64,000 nt of DNA from Acidobacteriota bacterium (GTDB lineage Bacteria; Acidobacteriota; CAIWXX01): NCBI GenBank assembly GCA_040755995.1, contig JBFMAF010000015.1:50696-114695 (forward strand). Direction: 5' to 3'. Both the position numbers and the translations under genes were made by a program. Positions 1 through 12,761 of the stretch are shown here, in pieces; the first letter of the stretch is position 1; every line of letters starts with the position of its first letter. The notes under the pieces were generated by a model. It searched no databases. It was not told where the DNA came from and saw only the letters and a list, made by a program, of their open reading frames with translations.

Positions 1-93
1 GATTGCGGCGGTTGCGATGAAAGCGCAGCCGTACTACGATGTTCACGTGCTCCGTCTCATCGCCGACCTTTACGAATCATGCGAGGTGCTGCA

Positions 94-1749
94 ATGACGA
101 CGCATCCACTGGCGGGCAAATCAGTGCCCGACGAGCTCCTTATCGACGTCGAGGCGCTCGAGAGAGCCTACTGCGACCGCGGGCCGGATCCCGCAGATCC
201 GAATCAGCTCGTGAGCTTCGGCACGAGCGGCCACCGCGGCTGCTCGCTCGATGGGACCTTCAACGAGGCCCACATTCTGGCCACCACCCAGGCGATCTGT
301 GACTACCGGCGGGCGCGGGCAATTCACGGGCCGTTGTTCATGGGCAAGGACACGCACGCTCTTTCTGCGCCTGCGCAACGGACCGCCATCGAGGTGCTGG
401 CCGCCAACGGGGTTGAGGCCTTCATACAGAAGGATGACGGCGTCACGCCGACGCCATCGATATCGAGGGCGATCATTCAGTTCAACCGTGGTGGAAGCGG
501 GCTCCAGGCGGACGGGATCGTCGTGACACCGTCGCACAACCCGCCCTCCGACGGCGGCTTCAAGTATAACCCGCCCAATGGCGGTCCCGCCGACACGGAG
601 GTGACACGCTGGATCCAGGATCGCGCGAACCTGCTGCTGAGGGCGGGCAACGCGGAGGTCAGGCGGATTGCGTACGAGGCGGCGCTCAAGGTGCCGACCA
701 CGCACGAACACGACTTCATCGCCCCCTACGTCCGGGACCTCGTCACGGTCGTGGACATGGACGTGATCCGAGCCGCAGGCGTGCGCGTCGGAGTCGACCC
801 GATGGGAGGCTCAGCCATTGGATACTGGGACCCCATCAGAGAGCGGTATGGGATCGACCTGGCAGTGGTGAATACGCTCGTGGATCGCACGTTCCGCTTC
901 ATGACGGTCGATCACGACGGCAAGATCCGGATGGACTGCTCGAGCCCGTACGCCATGGCGAGGCTCGTCGGCCTCAAGGACAGCTTCGACGTGGCCTTCG
1001 GCAACGACACCGACGCGGATCGCCATGGGATCGTCGCGAAGTCCACGGGGCTGATGAATCCCAATCACTATCTTTCGGTGGCTATCAACTACCTGTTGAC
1101 CCACCGGCCGGCCTGGACGAACTCGTCGGCCGTCGGCAAGACCCTGGTGAGCAGCGGGCTCATCGACCGCGTGGTGCGCGACCTCGACAGGAGGCTCGTC
1201 GAGGTCCCCGTGGGCTTCAAGTGGTTTGCCCGGGGGCTGCTCGATGGAACGATCTGCTTCGGAGGCGAGGAGAGCGCCGGCGCAAGCTTCCTGCGAATGG
1301 ACGGCACCGTCTGGTCGACCGACAAGGACGGCCTCATCCTGGGGCTGCTTGCTGCCGAGATCACGGCCCGAACGGGGAAGGATCCGGGGGAACACTACCG
1401 GGAGCTGGCGGCGCGGTTTGGCGTGCCGCACTACGTTCGCATCGACGCTCCTGCCACACCGGCGCAGAAGGCTGCTTTGAAGGGGCTGTCGGCGGAGTCG
1501 GTAGTCGCACAGGAGCTCGCCGGCGAACCCATACTCGGGAAGCTCACACGAGCCCCTGGCAACGGCGCGCCGATCGACGGCTTGAAGGTCGTCGCTGAGA
1601 ACGGCTGGTTTGCCGCCCGGCCGTCGGGCACTGAGAATATCTACAAACTCTACGCGGAGAGCTTCAAGAGTCGCGCCCACCTCGACGAGATCGTCCAGGA
1701 GGCTCAGCGGATCGTGCTCCAGTCCCTCCGTGGCAGCCGAACTGCCTGA
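94..1749 (+). CDS. pgm: Phosphoglucomutase (alpha-D-glucose-1,6-bisphosphate-dependent)
   Basis: Motifs [15 protein letters not shown] (phosphoserine), DTDADRH (metal loop), GEESAG, RPSGTE. ATG at 94 follows a GAGGTG RBS; the ORF track starts at 79. Confidence 0.95.
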   Translation: MTTHPLAGKSVPDELLIDVEALERAYCDRGPDPADPNQLVSFGTSGHRGCSLDGTFNEAHILATTQAICDYRRARAIHGPLFMGKDTHALSAPAQRTAIEVLAANGVEAFIQKDDGVTPTPSISRAIIQFNRGGSGLQADGIVVTPSHNPPSDGGFKYNPPNGGPADTEVTRWIQDRANLLLRAGNAEVRRIAYEAALKVPTTHEHDFIAPYVRDLVTVVDMDVIRAAGVRVGVDPMGGSAIGYWDPIRERYGIDLAVVNTLVDRTFRFMTVDHDGKIRMDCSSPYAMARLVGLKDSFDVAFGNDTDADRHGIVAKSTGLMNPNHYLSVAINYLLTHRPAWTNSSAVGKTLVSSGLIDRVVRDLDRRLVEVPVGFKWFARGLLDGTICFGGEESAGASFLRMDGTVWSTDKDGLILGLLAAEITARTGKDPGEHYRELAARFGVPHYVRIDAPATPAQKAALKGLSAESVVAQELAGEPILGKLTRAPGNGAPIDGLKVVAENGWFAARPSGTENIYKLYAESFKSRAHLDEIVQEAQRIVLQSLRGSRTA

Positions 1750-1753
1750 CCCT

Positions 1754-1781
1754 TCTGCACTTTGCACTTTGCATCCTGCAT
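1754..1781. repeat. Four heptamer repeats (TCTGCAC TTTGCAC TTTGCAT CCTGCAT) after pgm
   Basis: Directly visible tandem 7-mers followed by a T-rich run. Confidence 0.6.
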
Positions 1782-1839
1782 TTTTATTTTGCCTTGCCCC
1801 CTGGGAGGGAGTCTGGTATAGTGCGACCGGTTCAGTGAC

Positions 1840-2298
1840 ATGAGGACAACGGCTGGCCGCGCAATTCTCACGTTCGTCCTGATCCTGGCGCTGTGTAGCC
1901 CGGTGGTGTCGAGCCCCGTGAAGCCGGCTATCTCGATGGAGATAAAGGGCCCCGGCAAACCGGTGCAGCCCGGGCCGCTGACGATACGCATCGAGATCGT
2001 CGCCAAGATCCAGGTCGCATCGGTCAACGTGAAGGCCTACATGGACAAGATGCCGGCGCAGACGACACCGCAGCCTCCGTTGGCGTTGAACCGGGGCGAC
2101 AGGCGAAGCGTCGATGTCATCCTGCAGATCACCGACAGGAAGGAACATTGGTTCTTCGCCGAAGCCGAGGTCACGCTTCTCTCAGGCGAGCGCCTGAGCG
2201 TGATGAAATCCCTGGTCCTCAACCCCAGCAAGAGCGGTAAGAGCAACAAGCCCGACACGACCTACGATACTTACCGGGCCGAAAAACCGCACAAGTAG
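1840..2298 (+). CDS. Secreted hypothetical protein, probably a beta-sandwich
   Basis: N-terminal signal-peptide-like hydrophobic stretch; upstream TTGCCC-N17-TATAGT promoter-like sequence. Confidence 0.65.
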   Translation: MRTTAGRAILTFVLILALCSPVVSSPVKPAISMEIKGPGKPVQPGPLTIRIEIVAKIQVASVNVKAYMDKMPAQTTPQPPLALNRGDRRSVDVILQITDRKEHWFFAEAEVTLLSGERLSVMKSLVLNPSKSGKSNKPDTTYDTYRAEKPHK

Positions 2299-2424
2299 CC
2301 GCCACCTCCCGCGATAGACAGGTCGGGGCGCCGAAATTGCAGGCGCCTGGGCAGCCGCGGTTGCGCGACTTGCGCGTGCAACATCCTCTCGCAAGAACCG
2401 CCCGGAGCGTCTATAATGGGCCGC

Positions 2425-2988
2425 ATGCCGTTCAGAGCTGAGCACCAGGCGCTCAACGAGTTCCTGGACAAGAGGAGCATGAAGCGGTCGCGCAAGCGAC
2501 AGCTCGTGCTGGAGTGTTTTCTCAGGAGCGAGTCCCACCTGAGCGCCGAGGATCTGTACCGGCTCGTGCACAGGGAGCATCCTGAGATAGGCCGATCTAC
2601 TGTGTACCGGGCGCTCAAGCTTTTCTGCGAAAGCGGAGTGGCCCGCCAGGTGGACCTGCGCGACGGGCGCGAACGCTATGAGCACCACTTCCAGCATCCG
2701 CACCACGATCACATGGTGTGCACCACTTGCGGCCGCACCTTCGAATTCGTCTGCCAGGAGATCGAAGCCCTGCAGGGGCGAGTCGCCGAATCGATCAAGT
2801 TCGCTGCTGCGAGCCACACCCTGCAGATTTTCGGCGAGTGCGCTGCCTGCCGCCGGAGGGCGAGGAGGCGCCGGCTCACCGCGCCTCCGACCTCACACAG
2901 GTTGATCGAGCTCGATCGCAACACGACCAGGCAGAAGGCGGTCACGGCCGGCAGTGATCCGGCGGTGCGGGGCACGCGCCACCGGTAG
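2425..2988 (+). CDS. Fur-family transcriptional regulator
   Basis: HLSAEDLY, STVYRAL, HHDHMVCTTCG and C-terminal CAAC motifs. The ATG at 2425 lies 7 nt after TATAAT; the ORF track starts at 2416. Confidence 0.9.
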   Translation: MPFRAEHQALNEFLDKRSMKRSRKRQLVLECFLRSESHLSAEDLYRLVHREHPEIGRSTVYRALKLFCESGVARQVDLRDGRERYEHHFQHPHHDHMVCTTCGRTFEFVCQEIEALQGRVAESIKFAAASHTLQIFGECAACRRRARRRRLTAPPTSHRLIELDRNTTRQKAVTAGSDPAVRGTRHR

Positions 2989-3118
2989 ACACGGCTTGCG
3001 CCGGCCGGGGTCCGCCGCTTTCCGCGACGTCCCCTGCACGGCAGCGCGTGAAACCGGCGCAGCGCCCGGCGCGGCCGGACCGGCCCCGCGTCCGCCACCG
3101 GTCTGAGGCAACTCCTCG

Positions 3119-3967
3119 CTAGTTCCCGGCCAGATCGGGGCTCAAGCTTCGCTGAATCTCCTCCACGAAACGCGTCTCCTCGGCCAGCGCCTCCTGGGCC
3201 GCAGCGTTGAGCCGGTGGCGTTCCTGCCACGCGGCTCGCAAGAGCGACTCGACCTCAGGCCCCGGAGAGCCTCCGTCGACCGCTTTGGCCCATTCCCCCT
3301 CGAGCATCCCGATCAACACATCCATGTCGTGAATCTCGCCGAGCCGGTCCTGCACCCGCTTGCACGAGGAGAGCCAGGCATCGGTGTGGGCACCGAGCGC
3401 CTCTGCAAACAGCTCGAGACGATACCGCAGACGCTTGAAACAAATACGCAGCTGGTGAACCGGTGCCGCGTTGTCGGACCGGCTGACCTCCGGCATGACC
3501 TCGCGGATCGCCTGAAGCTGTGGCAGCAGGTGGGCCGGGGCCTCGGCGACGAAGCGCCGGTGATCATCCGCCGTCACCACGACTGTGACGACAGGCATGG
3601 GTAGCCATAGCATCGGCCGCAGCTTCTTGAGAATCTCGCGGCGGTCGGACATCAGGCGCGTCAGGTAGGCCTGGCCCTGTGTCGCGCTTGAGTCCGATTG
3701 CAGGGCGAGCTTCCGCATGTTCTCCAGTGCGACATCCAGATCCCGAAGCTGCCCGAGCTTCTTCCTGATGCGCGATGCGACCTTCTTCAGCCTGCCCAGC
3801 TCCTCCACCGGAAACACCCCTTGAGCGGCGGCCAGCCGCCTGGCGCTCACCCGCAAGTCGTGGATATTGTCAGGCGTGGCTCGCCTGGCCGTCTTCCGGC
3901 AGAGCCTGGCGAAGATGGCGATGCGCTCCTCGAGGATTCGGGCGCCCGCCTTCCAGAATGTTTCCAT
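3119..3967 (-). CDS. CHAD-domain (polyphosphate-binding) protein
   Basis: IHDLRVSARRL, LGQLRDLDV, VHQLRICFKRLRY and QDRLGEIHDMDV motifs. The METFWK start has a GAGG RBS and an upstream promoter. Confidence 0.85.
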   Translation of the reverse strand: METFWKAGARILEERIAIFARLCRKTARRATPDNIHDLRVSARRLAAAQGVFPVEELGRLKKVASRIRKKLGQLRDLDVALENMRKLALQSDSSATQGQAYLTRLMSDRREILKKLRPMLWLPMPVVTVVVTADDHRRFVAEAPAHLLPQLQAIREVMPEVSRSDNAAPVHQLRICFKRLRYRLELFAEALGAHTDAWLSSCKRVQDRLGEIHDMDVLIGMLEGEWAKAVDGGSPGPEVESLLRAAWQERHRLNAAAQEALAEETRFVEEIQRSLSPDLAGN

Positions 3968-3988
3968 GGACCTCACCAGGGTGGGCAC

Positions 3989-4017
3989 ATTATAGTTGGC
4001 ATCTATCGCAGATTCAA
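3989..4017 (-). promoter_or_regulatory. Sigma70-type promoter for the CHAD gene
   Basis: TTGAAT-N17-TATAAT on the minus strand. Confidence 0.6.
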
Positions 4018-4229
4018 AACGGACGCGCCCGCGGCCATCGCGGCCGCCGTGATGGTCGATCCTGTGCTGGTATCCCCCGACAACGAAAGCGACCACGACG
4101 ACTGTGGCGATCACGATTCCTCCCGCAAGATTCGAGTCGCTGGACAGACGCAACTCGCACACGCGCACGACGCGCACGCTCGCAACTTGACTCCGCCGGT
4201 CACGGAATGCTATTAGTTAGGCGCTCAGC

Positions 4230-4306
4230 GGGGTCGTAGTTCAGCTGGTTAGAACGCCGGCCTGTCACGCCGGAGGTCGCGAGTTCGAGTCTCGTCGGCC
4301 CCGCCA
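4230..4306 (+). tRNA. tRNA-Asp (GTC)
   Basis: Acceptor stem GGGGTCG/CGGCCCC, anticodon arm CCGGC-CTGTCAC-GCCGG, GTTCGAG T-loop, encoded CCA; upstream TTGACT..TATTAG. Confidence 0.97.
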
Positions 4307-4427
4307 TTCTTCTCCGGCATCCCGAAGGTTCTTGCGCGCCGCGGGGGGCCGCATTGAAATCGGGCGCCGGAGAGATGTCGCGCGCAGTGCGCCCATACGC
4401 AACACGGCGGGCCGCGGTGGCCGGCGT

Positions 4428-6791
<2,364 letters not shown>

Positions 6792-6845
6792 GATCTCGCT
6801 CCTCTCGCCGCCGACTTACCTTCGATTCATCCGCTCACAATTCAC

Positions 6846-6874
6846 ATTATGACTCATCCGGCGGGCCGCATCAA
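6846..6874 (-). promoter_or_regulatory. Putative internal sigma70 promoter for clpA
   Basis: TTGATG-N17-CATAAT in the clpS-clpA spacer. Confidence 0.45.
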
Positions 6875-6911
6875 TCGCGCGTGCCGGTCTCTCTCCTCGA
6901 TAGGACTCCGG

Positions 6912-7226
6912 CTACTCCTCCTCCAGGCTCGCGCGCAAGGGGAACCCGTTCTCTCGCGCCAGCTCGTGCACGTGATCGACCTTCGTTTCGGCGATCTCGT
7001 AGGGATAGACCCCGCAGATTCCCGCCCCCTCGACATGCACCTGGAGCATGATTCTGACGGCTTCGCCCGGGGGTTTGTTGAAGACGGCCATGAGAACCTG
7101 CACCACGAATTCCATGGTTGTGTAGTCGTCGTTGTGGAGGATCACCTTGAACAGGGCCGGCTTCTTGGTGACAGGCCGCGTCTTCTCAAGGACTTCGCCG
7201 CCCGGTTTCCGCTCTTCGGTCGCCAT
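6912..7226 (-). CDS. clpS: Clp protease adaptor ClpS
   Basis: KVILHNDDYTTMEFVV and GVYPYEIAETK motifs. Confidence 0.96.
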   Translation of the reverse strand: MATEERKPGGEVLEKTRPVTKKPALFKVILHNDDYTTMEFVVQVLMAVFNKPPGEAVRIMLQVHVEGAGICGVYPYEIAETKVDHVHELARENGFPLRASLEEE

Positions 7227-7314
7227 ACCCCCTCACTCCTCCCGCCGCGCGCCTCGAACGCCCCCACGCGGGTGAGGTGAGTCCCGCGCGGACAAGCCGC
7301 GCGGGACTGCGCTG

Positions 7315-7620
7315 TTAGGCAGGTTTAGTTTCCGAAGAAACGCGGGTCTCGCTGGAGCTGTCCTGCGAAGTTGCCTTCGTCGAGGGTTTCTCTCCAGCGG
7401 ATGTTTCAGGTGAGCTCTTCGCGCCGGAGCCGTTCGGCCCCTTTCGCGCATAATCCGTTATGTACCACCCACTCCCTTTGAAGTGAATAGCAGGAGACGA
7501 TAGAAGTTTCTCAACTTCGCCTCCGCACGCCGGGCAGGTCTTGACCGGTGGCTCGGAGAACTTCTGGATGACTTCCGTCCGTCTCCCGCATACGAGACAT
7601 CCGTACTCGTAAAGTGGCAC
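7315..7620 (-). CDS. FmdB-family zinc-ribbon protein
   Basis: MPLYEYxCxxCG...CPACGG...FKGSGWYITDY with a low-complexity tail; GTG start. Confidence 0.9.
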   Translation of the reverse strand: MPLYEYGCLVCGRRTEVIQKFSEPPVKTCPACGGEVEKLLSSPAIHFKGSGWYITDYARKGPNGSGAKSSPETSAGEKPSTKATSQDSSSETRVSSETKPA

Positions 7621-7655
7621 CTACTCGTTACCTCCGTCGTGCAATCAAGCCTCTA

Positions 7656-7684
7656 ATCATATCCCCTGATTCCCGGGGTGTCAA
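7656..7684 (-). promoter_or_regulatory. Sigma70 promoter for fmdB-clpS-clpA
   Basis: TTGACA-N17-TATGAT. Confidence 0.65.
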
Positions 7685-7774
7685 GGTCGCGCGATTCCCC
7701 GCAATCCGGCGGTCGTATGCGTCGTTCAGTCGCCGTCCATCAGAGGGGGCTGAGGCCGGACCCGATACCGAAGC

Positions 7775-7803
7775 TTGATAATCGGGACCAGAGTCCGTAA
7801 TAT
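7775..7803 (+). promoter_or_regulatory. Sigma70 promoter for the ORF at 7843
   Basis: TTGATA-N17-TAATAT. Confidence 0.5.
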
Positions 7804-7842
7804 AGCAGCAGGAGGAGGGGAGCTCTCACAGCACGACGCCGG

Positions 7843-8481
7843 ATGATCACCGGGTTCAACACGGACATCAAGCACAAGGGCCAGGTCTACCACATACAGA
7901 CCGAGGACAAGGGTCTGTCCAACCCAGTCATCGAATCCCTCGTGTACAAGGGGGGCGAGATACTGGCCACGCGTCGCAGCTCATACAAGGACCAGCTTGA
8001 TGAGGGGTTCGATGAGAAAGAGCTTACGAAGCTCATGGAGGAGCAGCACCGGCGGGTGATCTTCGACATCCAGAACGGCCGGCTGGATTCGAAGGAAGGC
8101 AACCTGCTGGAAGGCTCTGACGAGAGGACCCTCGACGAGCTGGTGATCGAGTACCTGGCCACGTTGCTCGGCGGTGAGAGATTGAAGATCAAGCTTCCCG
8201 ATTCGCTCGACATCCTGCCGGGCCTCCCGACCGAGTTCGTGGTGTCGACGCGCAAGGACCTGACGCTCGAGCCTGTGCCGGGCTCGCGGGTCACCGTCGA
8301 CCTGGTGGTCTCTGACAAGACTCACTCTCTGTTCGTCGGAATAACCGACAGGTTCGGCAAGACCACGGCGCGTTTCACTGTGCCGGAATCGATCGGCGAG
8401 GACGCGATGCTGGTCATCTCGGCGGCGAGCGAGCGGGGTCAGGCCGAGTGCAGGCACGCCATACGGCGAGCCCGCAAGTAG
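7843..8481 (+). CDS. Conserved hypothetical protein (MITGFNTD...YHIQTED N-terminus)
   Basis: Recognisable conserved N-terminal block, upstream promoter, typical codon usage. Confidence 0.8.
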   Translation: MITGFNTDIKHKGQVYHIQTEDKGLSNPVIESLVYKGGEILATRRSSYKDQLDEGFDEKELTKLMEEQHRRVIFDIQNGRLDSKEGNLLEGSDERTLDELVIEYLATLLGGERLKIKLPDSLDILPGLPTEFVVSTRKDLTLEPVPGSRVTVDLVVSDKTHSLFVGITDRFGKTTARFTVPESIGEDAMLVISAASERGQAECRHAIRRARK

Positions 8482-8583
8482 CCGCAAAGCGCGTCGACCC
8501 AGCCTGCGCCCTTACCTGAGGTGGCCTCCGCAGCTCTACGCCGGCCCGGCACGAGCCCCGGCGCTGAAGCGCCCGGCGTGTCG

Positions 8584-9630
8584 TCAGAAGTAGTAGAACG
8601 CCAGCCCCAGTATGGCGTAGATCGCAAGCAGCTCCACCCCCTCGAACCAGTTGCTCTGGCCGTTCAGAATCACGAACGGCACGGCGATGGTCGAAGCGGC
8701 GATGGCTACGATCTCGATCGAAGTGAAGGCCAGTGCGATGGGCTGCCCGATGAAGTACCCGATGATGACCAGAAGGGGCCCCACGAAGAGTGCGATCTGG
8801 AGGCTCGATCCGAGGCAGATGTTCAATGAGACATCCACCTTGTTCTTCATGGCCATCACGACCGACGACGCATGCTCCGCTGCATTGCCGACCATCGCGA
8901 GCAGGATCGCCCCCATGAAGAGGTCGTTGAATCCGATCTTGTGGCCCACGTCGCCGACCGTGTGGACGATGTTCTCGCTCAGATAGCTGACCACGACCGC
9001 CGCCACCGCGAGCAGCAGGCCGGCGGTCTTTGCGCCCCACTCAGGCTTCTCGTGCTTCTCTTCCCCGCCGAACAGGTGCCGATGTGTCTTCAGCGAGAAG
9101 AGCAGTGAAATGAGATAGGTTCCGATGAGGACCACTGAAACCCAGAGCGTCAGGCGGATCTCCTGCGCCTTGGCCAGGCCCGGATCGGTGATGTGGACCG
9201 CCGCCGGGATGAGAACCCCGATCACGGATAGCACCAGAAGCGACGACCCGGATTCGGCAGCGATCGGTGAGAAGGTTTGAACCGAATGCTTCCAGCCACC
9301 CAGGAGGATCGAAAGCCCGAACACCAAGAGCAGATTGCCAATCATGGATCCCGTGAGCGTTGCCTGGACGAGCGGAATCAGGCCGCCCTTGAGCGCGTAA
9401 ATGGCGAGAATCAGCTCGGCCGCGTTTCCGAACGTGGCGTTCAGAAACCCGCCCATCGCCGCGCCCGTGCGCGCAGCCAGAGACTCCGTCGCGCGCCCCA
9501 TCAGCGCGGCCATGGGCACCATGGACACGCAGCTGAGCAAGAACAGCGGCATCCCGCCGATACCCAAGAGATGAACCAGCACGGTCGCAGGAATGGGTAG
9601 GTAGAATGCCAGCTTGAGCGCCCTGCGCAT
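8584..9630 (-). CDS. Ca2+/H+ antiporter (CaCA/CAX family)
   Basis: Two alpha repeats (NATFGNAAELI, GNAAEH) and about 11 TM helices; start MRRALK. Confidence 0.92.
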   Translation of the reverse strand: MRRALKLAFYLPIPATVLVHLLGIGGMPLFLLSCVSMVPMAALMGRATESLAARTGAAMGGFLNATFGNAAELILAIYALKGGLIPLVQATLTGSMIGNLLLVFGLSILLGGWKHSVQTFSPIAAESGSSLLVLSVIGVLIPAAVHITDPGLAKAQEIRLTLWVSVVLIGTYLISLLFSLKTHRHLFGGEEKHEKPEWGAKTAGLLLAVAAVVVSYLSENIVHTVGDVGHKIGFNDLFMGAILLAMVGNAAEHASSVVMAMKNKVDVSLNICLGSSLQIALFVGPLLVIIGYFIGQPIALAFTSIEIVAIAASTIAVPFVILNGQSNWFEGVELLAIYAILGLAFYYF

Positions 9631-9777
9631 GGTCGCGATGATACCACGCCGAACTGCGGATCGCCAGCGGCACGCTCGGGGTGTATATCCCATGGCCGGC
9701 CGCTCCAGGGCCGGAAAGACCGTGGGTTCGTGTCGTCGGGTTGACCGCGCACAGGTCGGCACTATACAATCCGCCCC

Positions 9778-10338
9778 ATGAGCGATGCGAAAGACTGGGA
9801 TGAACTGAAGGCGCTGCTGCTGCAGCGATCGCTTGCGTTTGGGGACTTCGTCCTGACGTCGGGCAAGCGCAGTAATTACTACTTTGATAGTAAAATCACG
9901 ACGCTTCATCCGCGCGGCATCTACCTCGCGGCCCGCGCGATTCTGGGCATCGTGCGGGAGCAGGGCCTACGAGCCGACGCGGTCGGCGGGCTTACCCTGG
10001 GCGCCGATCCGCTGGTCTCAGGGTGCGCACTGGTCAGCCAGCTGGAGGGGCCCTACCCGCTTCAGGCTTTCATCGTCCGGAAGGAACCCAAGGGGCACGG
10101 CAGCAAGCGGCTCATCGAGGGGCTCTGGGAGAAGGATACGGTGCGCAGCGCGATCATCGTCGAGGACGTCTGCACGACCGGATCGTCGAGCCTGAAGGCG
10201 GTGGAGGCGGCCGAGGAGTACCCGATGGAAGTGAAAGCGGTGATCGCGCTGGTAGACAGGGAAGAAGGAGGCAGCGAGAGGATACGCGCTCGATACCCGT
10301 TCTTCCCGGTGTTCCGTCGAAGCGATCTGTTTACATAG
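9778..10338 (+). CDS. pyrE: Orotate phosphoribosyltransferase
   Basis: FVLTSGKRSNYY, RKEPKGHG and PRPP-binding VEDVCTTGSS motifs. Confidence 0.95.
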   Translation: MSDAKDWDELKALLLQRSLAFGDFVLTSGKRSNYYFDSKITTLHPRGIYLAARAILGIVREQGLRADAVGGLTLGADPLVSGCALVSQLEGPYPLQAFIVRKEPKGHGSKRLIEGLWEKDTVRSAIIVEDVCTTGSSSLKAVEAAEEYPMEVKAVIALVDREEGGSERIRARYPFFPVFRRSDLFT

Positions 10339-10353
10339 GCTGGAGGCCGGATC

Positions 10354-10929
10354 ATGCAGGCAATCGAAGCGGTAACGGACAGGAGGCCGGCGGCGCGCAG
10401 GGCTTTTCTGGAATTGCTGGCGGTCGTCGGATTCGCTGCTCTCACGGCGTTGTTGTCGCAGGTGTCGTTCCACGTTCCGGGAATCCCCGTCCCAGCGACC
10501 CTTCAGACGCTGGCGGTGCTCGCATCCGGCTACTACCTGGGCGCGCGTCGAGCCGCGGCCAGCCAGCTCACCTATCTGGTGATGGGTGTGATAGGCCTGC
10601 CTGTGTTCGCGGCCAGCCCGATTCTTCCTGCCGGCGTCGGGCGCCTCTTGGGTCCGACCGGTGGATACCTGCTGGCGTTCCCGGTGGCGGCGGCGATAGC
10701 GGGGTATCTGCTGCGGCGGCCGCTCGCCCGGAGCTGGTGGTTCAGGTTGGCAGCGTTCAGCGCCGCGGGCCTTGTGATTCACCTGTGCGGCCTGCTGTGG
10801 TTTGGGATTGTGTTCAAGGCACTGGCTTCTCAGCTGCTTCTCGTCAGTTTGCTGCCATTTCTGCCAGTCGACGCGGCGAAGAGCGCCCTGCTGGCATCCA
10901 TCGCGCGGCGCCCCTCGCTCGGCAAGTAG
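10354..10929 (+). CDS. bioY: Biotin transporter BioY
   Basis: PVPATLQT, GLPVFA and GPTGGYL motifs; hydrophobic protein. Confidence 0.92.
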   Translation: MQAIEAVTDRRPAARRAFLELLAVVGFAALTALLSQVSFHVPGIPVPATLQTLAVLASGYYLGARRAAASQLTYLVMGVIGLPVFAASPILPAGVGRLLGPTGGYLLAFPVAAAIAGYLLRRPLARSWWFRLAAFSAAGLVIHLCGLLWFGIVFKALASQLLLVSLLPFLPVDAAKSALLASIARRPSLGK

Positions 10930-11029
10930 GCACGGGAACGACGCCCCGCGGCCGGTGGGCCGCGGTGTGCCAGCTCGACGGCCGGCTGGCGCCCTGCTCG
11001 TAGCCGTGGTCCGCGGCGCCGGACAAGGC

Positions 11030-11434
11030 TCAGCTGCGTGCCCGGCGCACGAACCTGATCGCGTACTCTTTCTCGCTCACGCGGGCCACCTTGTTGTCGA
11101 CCAATCCTGCCTTGAGTGCGGCGTGCTGGACGTCGCCGAACAAGACGTTGACTCCCTTTTCCAGGGCGACTTCCTTTCGGGGGATGACCGCCCAGACGGC
11201 GCCGTTGGCCTTGAGCAGCATCTTGAGCACCTTGAACAGATCCGTCCACTCGCCGCCCTCTTCCGGCCAGACGAAGATCAGGTCGGCGGTCTCGTCAGGG
11301 GCCAGCTTGCGGCGGATCGCAACGCCCGTAGGCATCATGGACTTGGCTTTTCGGAAAAAATTCTCGTGCCCGTTGAAGAAGTACACGAGGTTGTTCGGCT
11401 TGACGCCCAGTTTCCGATAGATGCTCCATTCCAT
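11030..11434 (-). CDS. DUF3052-like hypothetical protein
   Basis: KLGVKP...GAVWAVIP...GLVDNKVA pattern. Confidence 0.6.
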   Translation of the reverse strand: MEWSIYRKLGVKPNNLVYFFNGHENFFRKAKSMMPTGVAIRRKLAPDETADLIFVWPEEGGEWTDLFKVLKMLLKANGAVWAVIPRKEVALEKGVNVLFGDVQHAALKAGLVDNKVARVSEKEYAIRFVRRARS

Positions 11435-11512
11435 ATTCAGGACCCCTCCCGTGCGGCGCGCTTCCATGATATGGAATCACCGACCCGATTTCAACGAGGA
11501 AGATGGGGCCCT

Positions 11513-11540
11513 GTAGGGGCGATGCATGCGTCGCTCCTAC
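11513..11540. repeat. GTAG-type REP-like palindrome
   Basis: GTAGGGGCGATGCATGCGTCGCTCCTAC; a related GTAG-ended palindrome lies at 12969-12995 on the minus strand. Confidence 0.5.
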
Positions 11541-11546
11541 CGCGCC

Positions 11547-12761
11547 CTACCGTGCGGACCAATCGATTCGAGCGGTGAGCTGCATGACCACGAAGAGAGT
11601 CACGATTGCGCCCACGGTCACCGCCAGCCCCGTGAAGCCCTCGAAGAAGAAAGCGTACGAGAATCCGACCAGATAGACAAGTTGAGAGAGCGCCGTTTCG
11701 ACGAAGGCGAACCGCGTGCCCACGACCAGCCTCATGTACGAGACGACGAGGAAGAGCGAGACGGCCGAACAGATGGCGAAGGCCGCATGGATCGAGATGT
11801 GGTCGACGAGATATGCGAGGAGCAGGTGGAATGCGAAGAAGGCCGCAGCCAGGAAGAAGTAGTTCATCGGATGCACATCGACGCGCTTGAGAACGCAGAC
11901 GATGAATATGAGGAAGAAGAAGAAGCCCAGCGACACCGGCGCGAAGAACGAGATGCGCGCGGCCATCGGTCCCGGGTTGATCTTCTTTGGCATCTGCAGG
12001 CCGATGCCGTTGCCCGAGATGAGGTTCTTGTACGTCCACGCGAGCTCCCAGCCGTCAGCCTTTCGATTCTTGACGGTCGGCGACATCGTATTTCCCGGAA
12101 AGTCGAAACCGTCGAAGTCGGTTGTCATAACAAGGCTGAAGTCTCTGACCTCGCCGATGCCGTCGGCGAATCTGTACGTGAACGTATCGAGCCCCTGCGA
12201 CACGTATGCCACCGAGAGCGTGTGGCGTGCTTCTACCTCCGTTGGCACGCGGGCCAGAACCTTGTCGCCTCCCACCCGCTCGAACGGCGTCGCCGCGTCA
12301 TCCACCGTGAACACGAAGTCATCGTAGATGCCGTTGGGCGCGGGGAATGCGAAGAGGATCTCGACATCGTCGGGCCGGCCGGTTGTGTTCTGGAAGACGT
12401 ACTTGCCCGCAAACTTGACGCGATAGGTTGAGTACCACAGCAGTCCCTTTCTCCTCTGGTCCAGATGGATGTCCAGCCGGACCCGGCTCTGGATGACTGG
12501 TATCGCGTGCTTGTCCACGCACGTGTGCTTCACCCACGCCTTCTTCACCTCATCCCATTTCTCCTCTGTTGCGGGCCGCTCGACCAGCACGTAGGTGTCT
12601 GGGGCGCGCTGCTGGAGCGGCGTGCCCCAGAGCTCGCCAACGGCCTGCCGCAATCGGTCGTCCTGCTGCGACGTCCTGACGGAAATGCTCGACCCCAGGA
12701 TCATCCAGCCTGCGCTCGCCATGAGAAACACGGCGATGATACCTGCGATCTTCTTCGACAT
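11547..12761 (-). CDS. Inner-membrane CreD-family protein
   Basis: N-terminal TM, periplasmic domain, then 6 TMs with VHPMNY and LMQLTARIDW-like motifs. Confidence 0.75.
   Translation of the reverse strand: MSKKIAGIIAVFLMASAGWMILGSSISVRTSQQDDRLRQAVGELWGTPLQQRAPDTYVLVERPATEEKWDEVKKAWVKHTCVDKHAIPVIQSRVRLDIHLDQRRKGLLWYSTYRVKFAGKYVFQNTTGRPDDVEILFAFPAPNGIYDDFVFTVDDAATPFERVGGDKVLARVPTEVEARHTLSVAYVSQGLDTFTYRFADGIGEVRDFSLVMTTDFDGFDFPGNTMSPTVKNRKADGWELAWTYKNLISGNGIGLQMPKKINPGPMAARISFFAPVSLGFFFFLIFIVCVLKRVDVHPMNYFFLAAAFFAFHLLLAYLVDHISIHAAFAICSAVSLFLVVSYMRLVVGTRFAFVETALSQLVYLVGFSYAFFFEGFTGLAVTVGAIVTLFVVMQLTARIDWSAR

Noticed and set aside
3968..4177. N-terminal extension of the CHAD ORF (similarly cax 9631-9909 and rfbA 36930-37034)
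   Set aside because: Promoter or RBS signals and family motifs indicate the downstream starts; the cax extension would also overlap pyrE.
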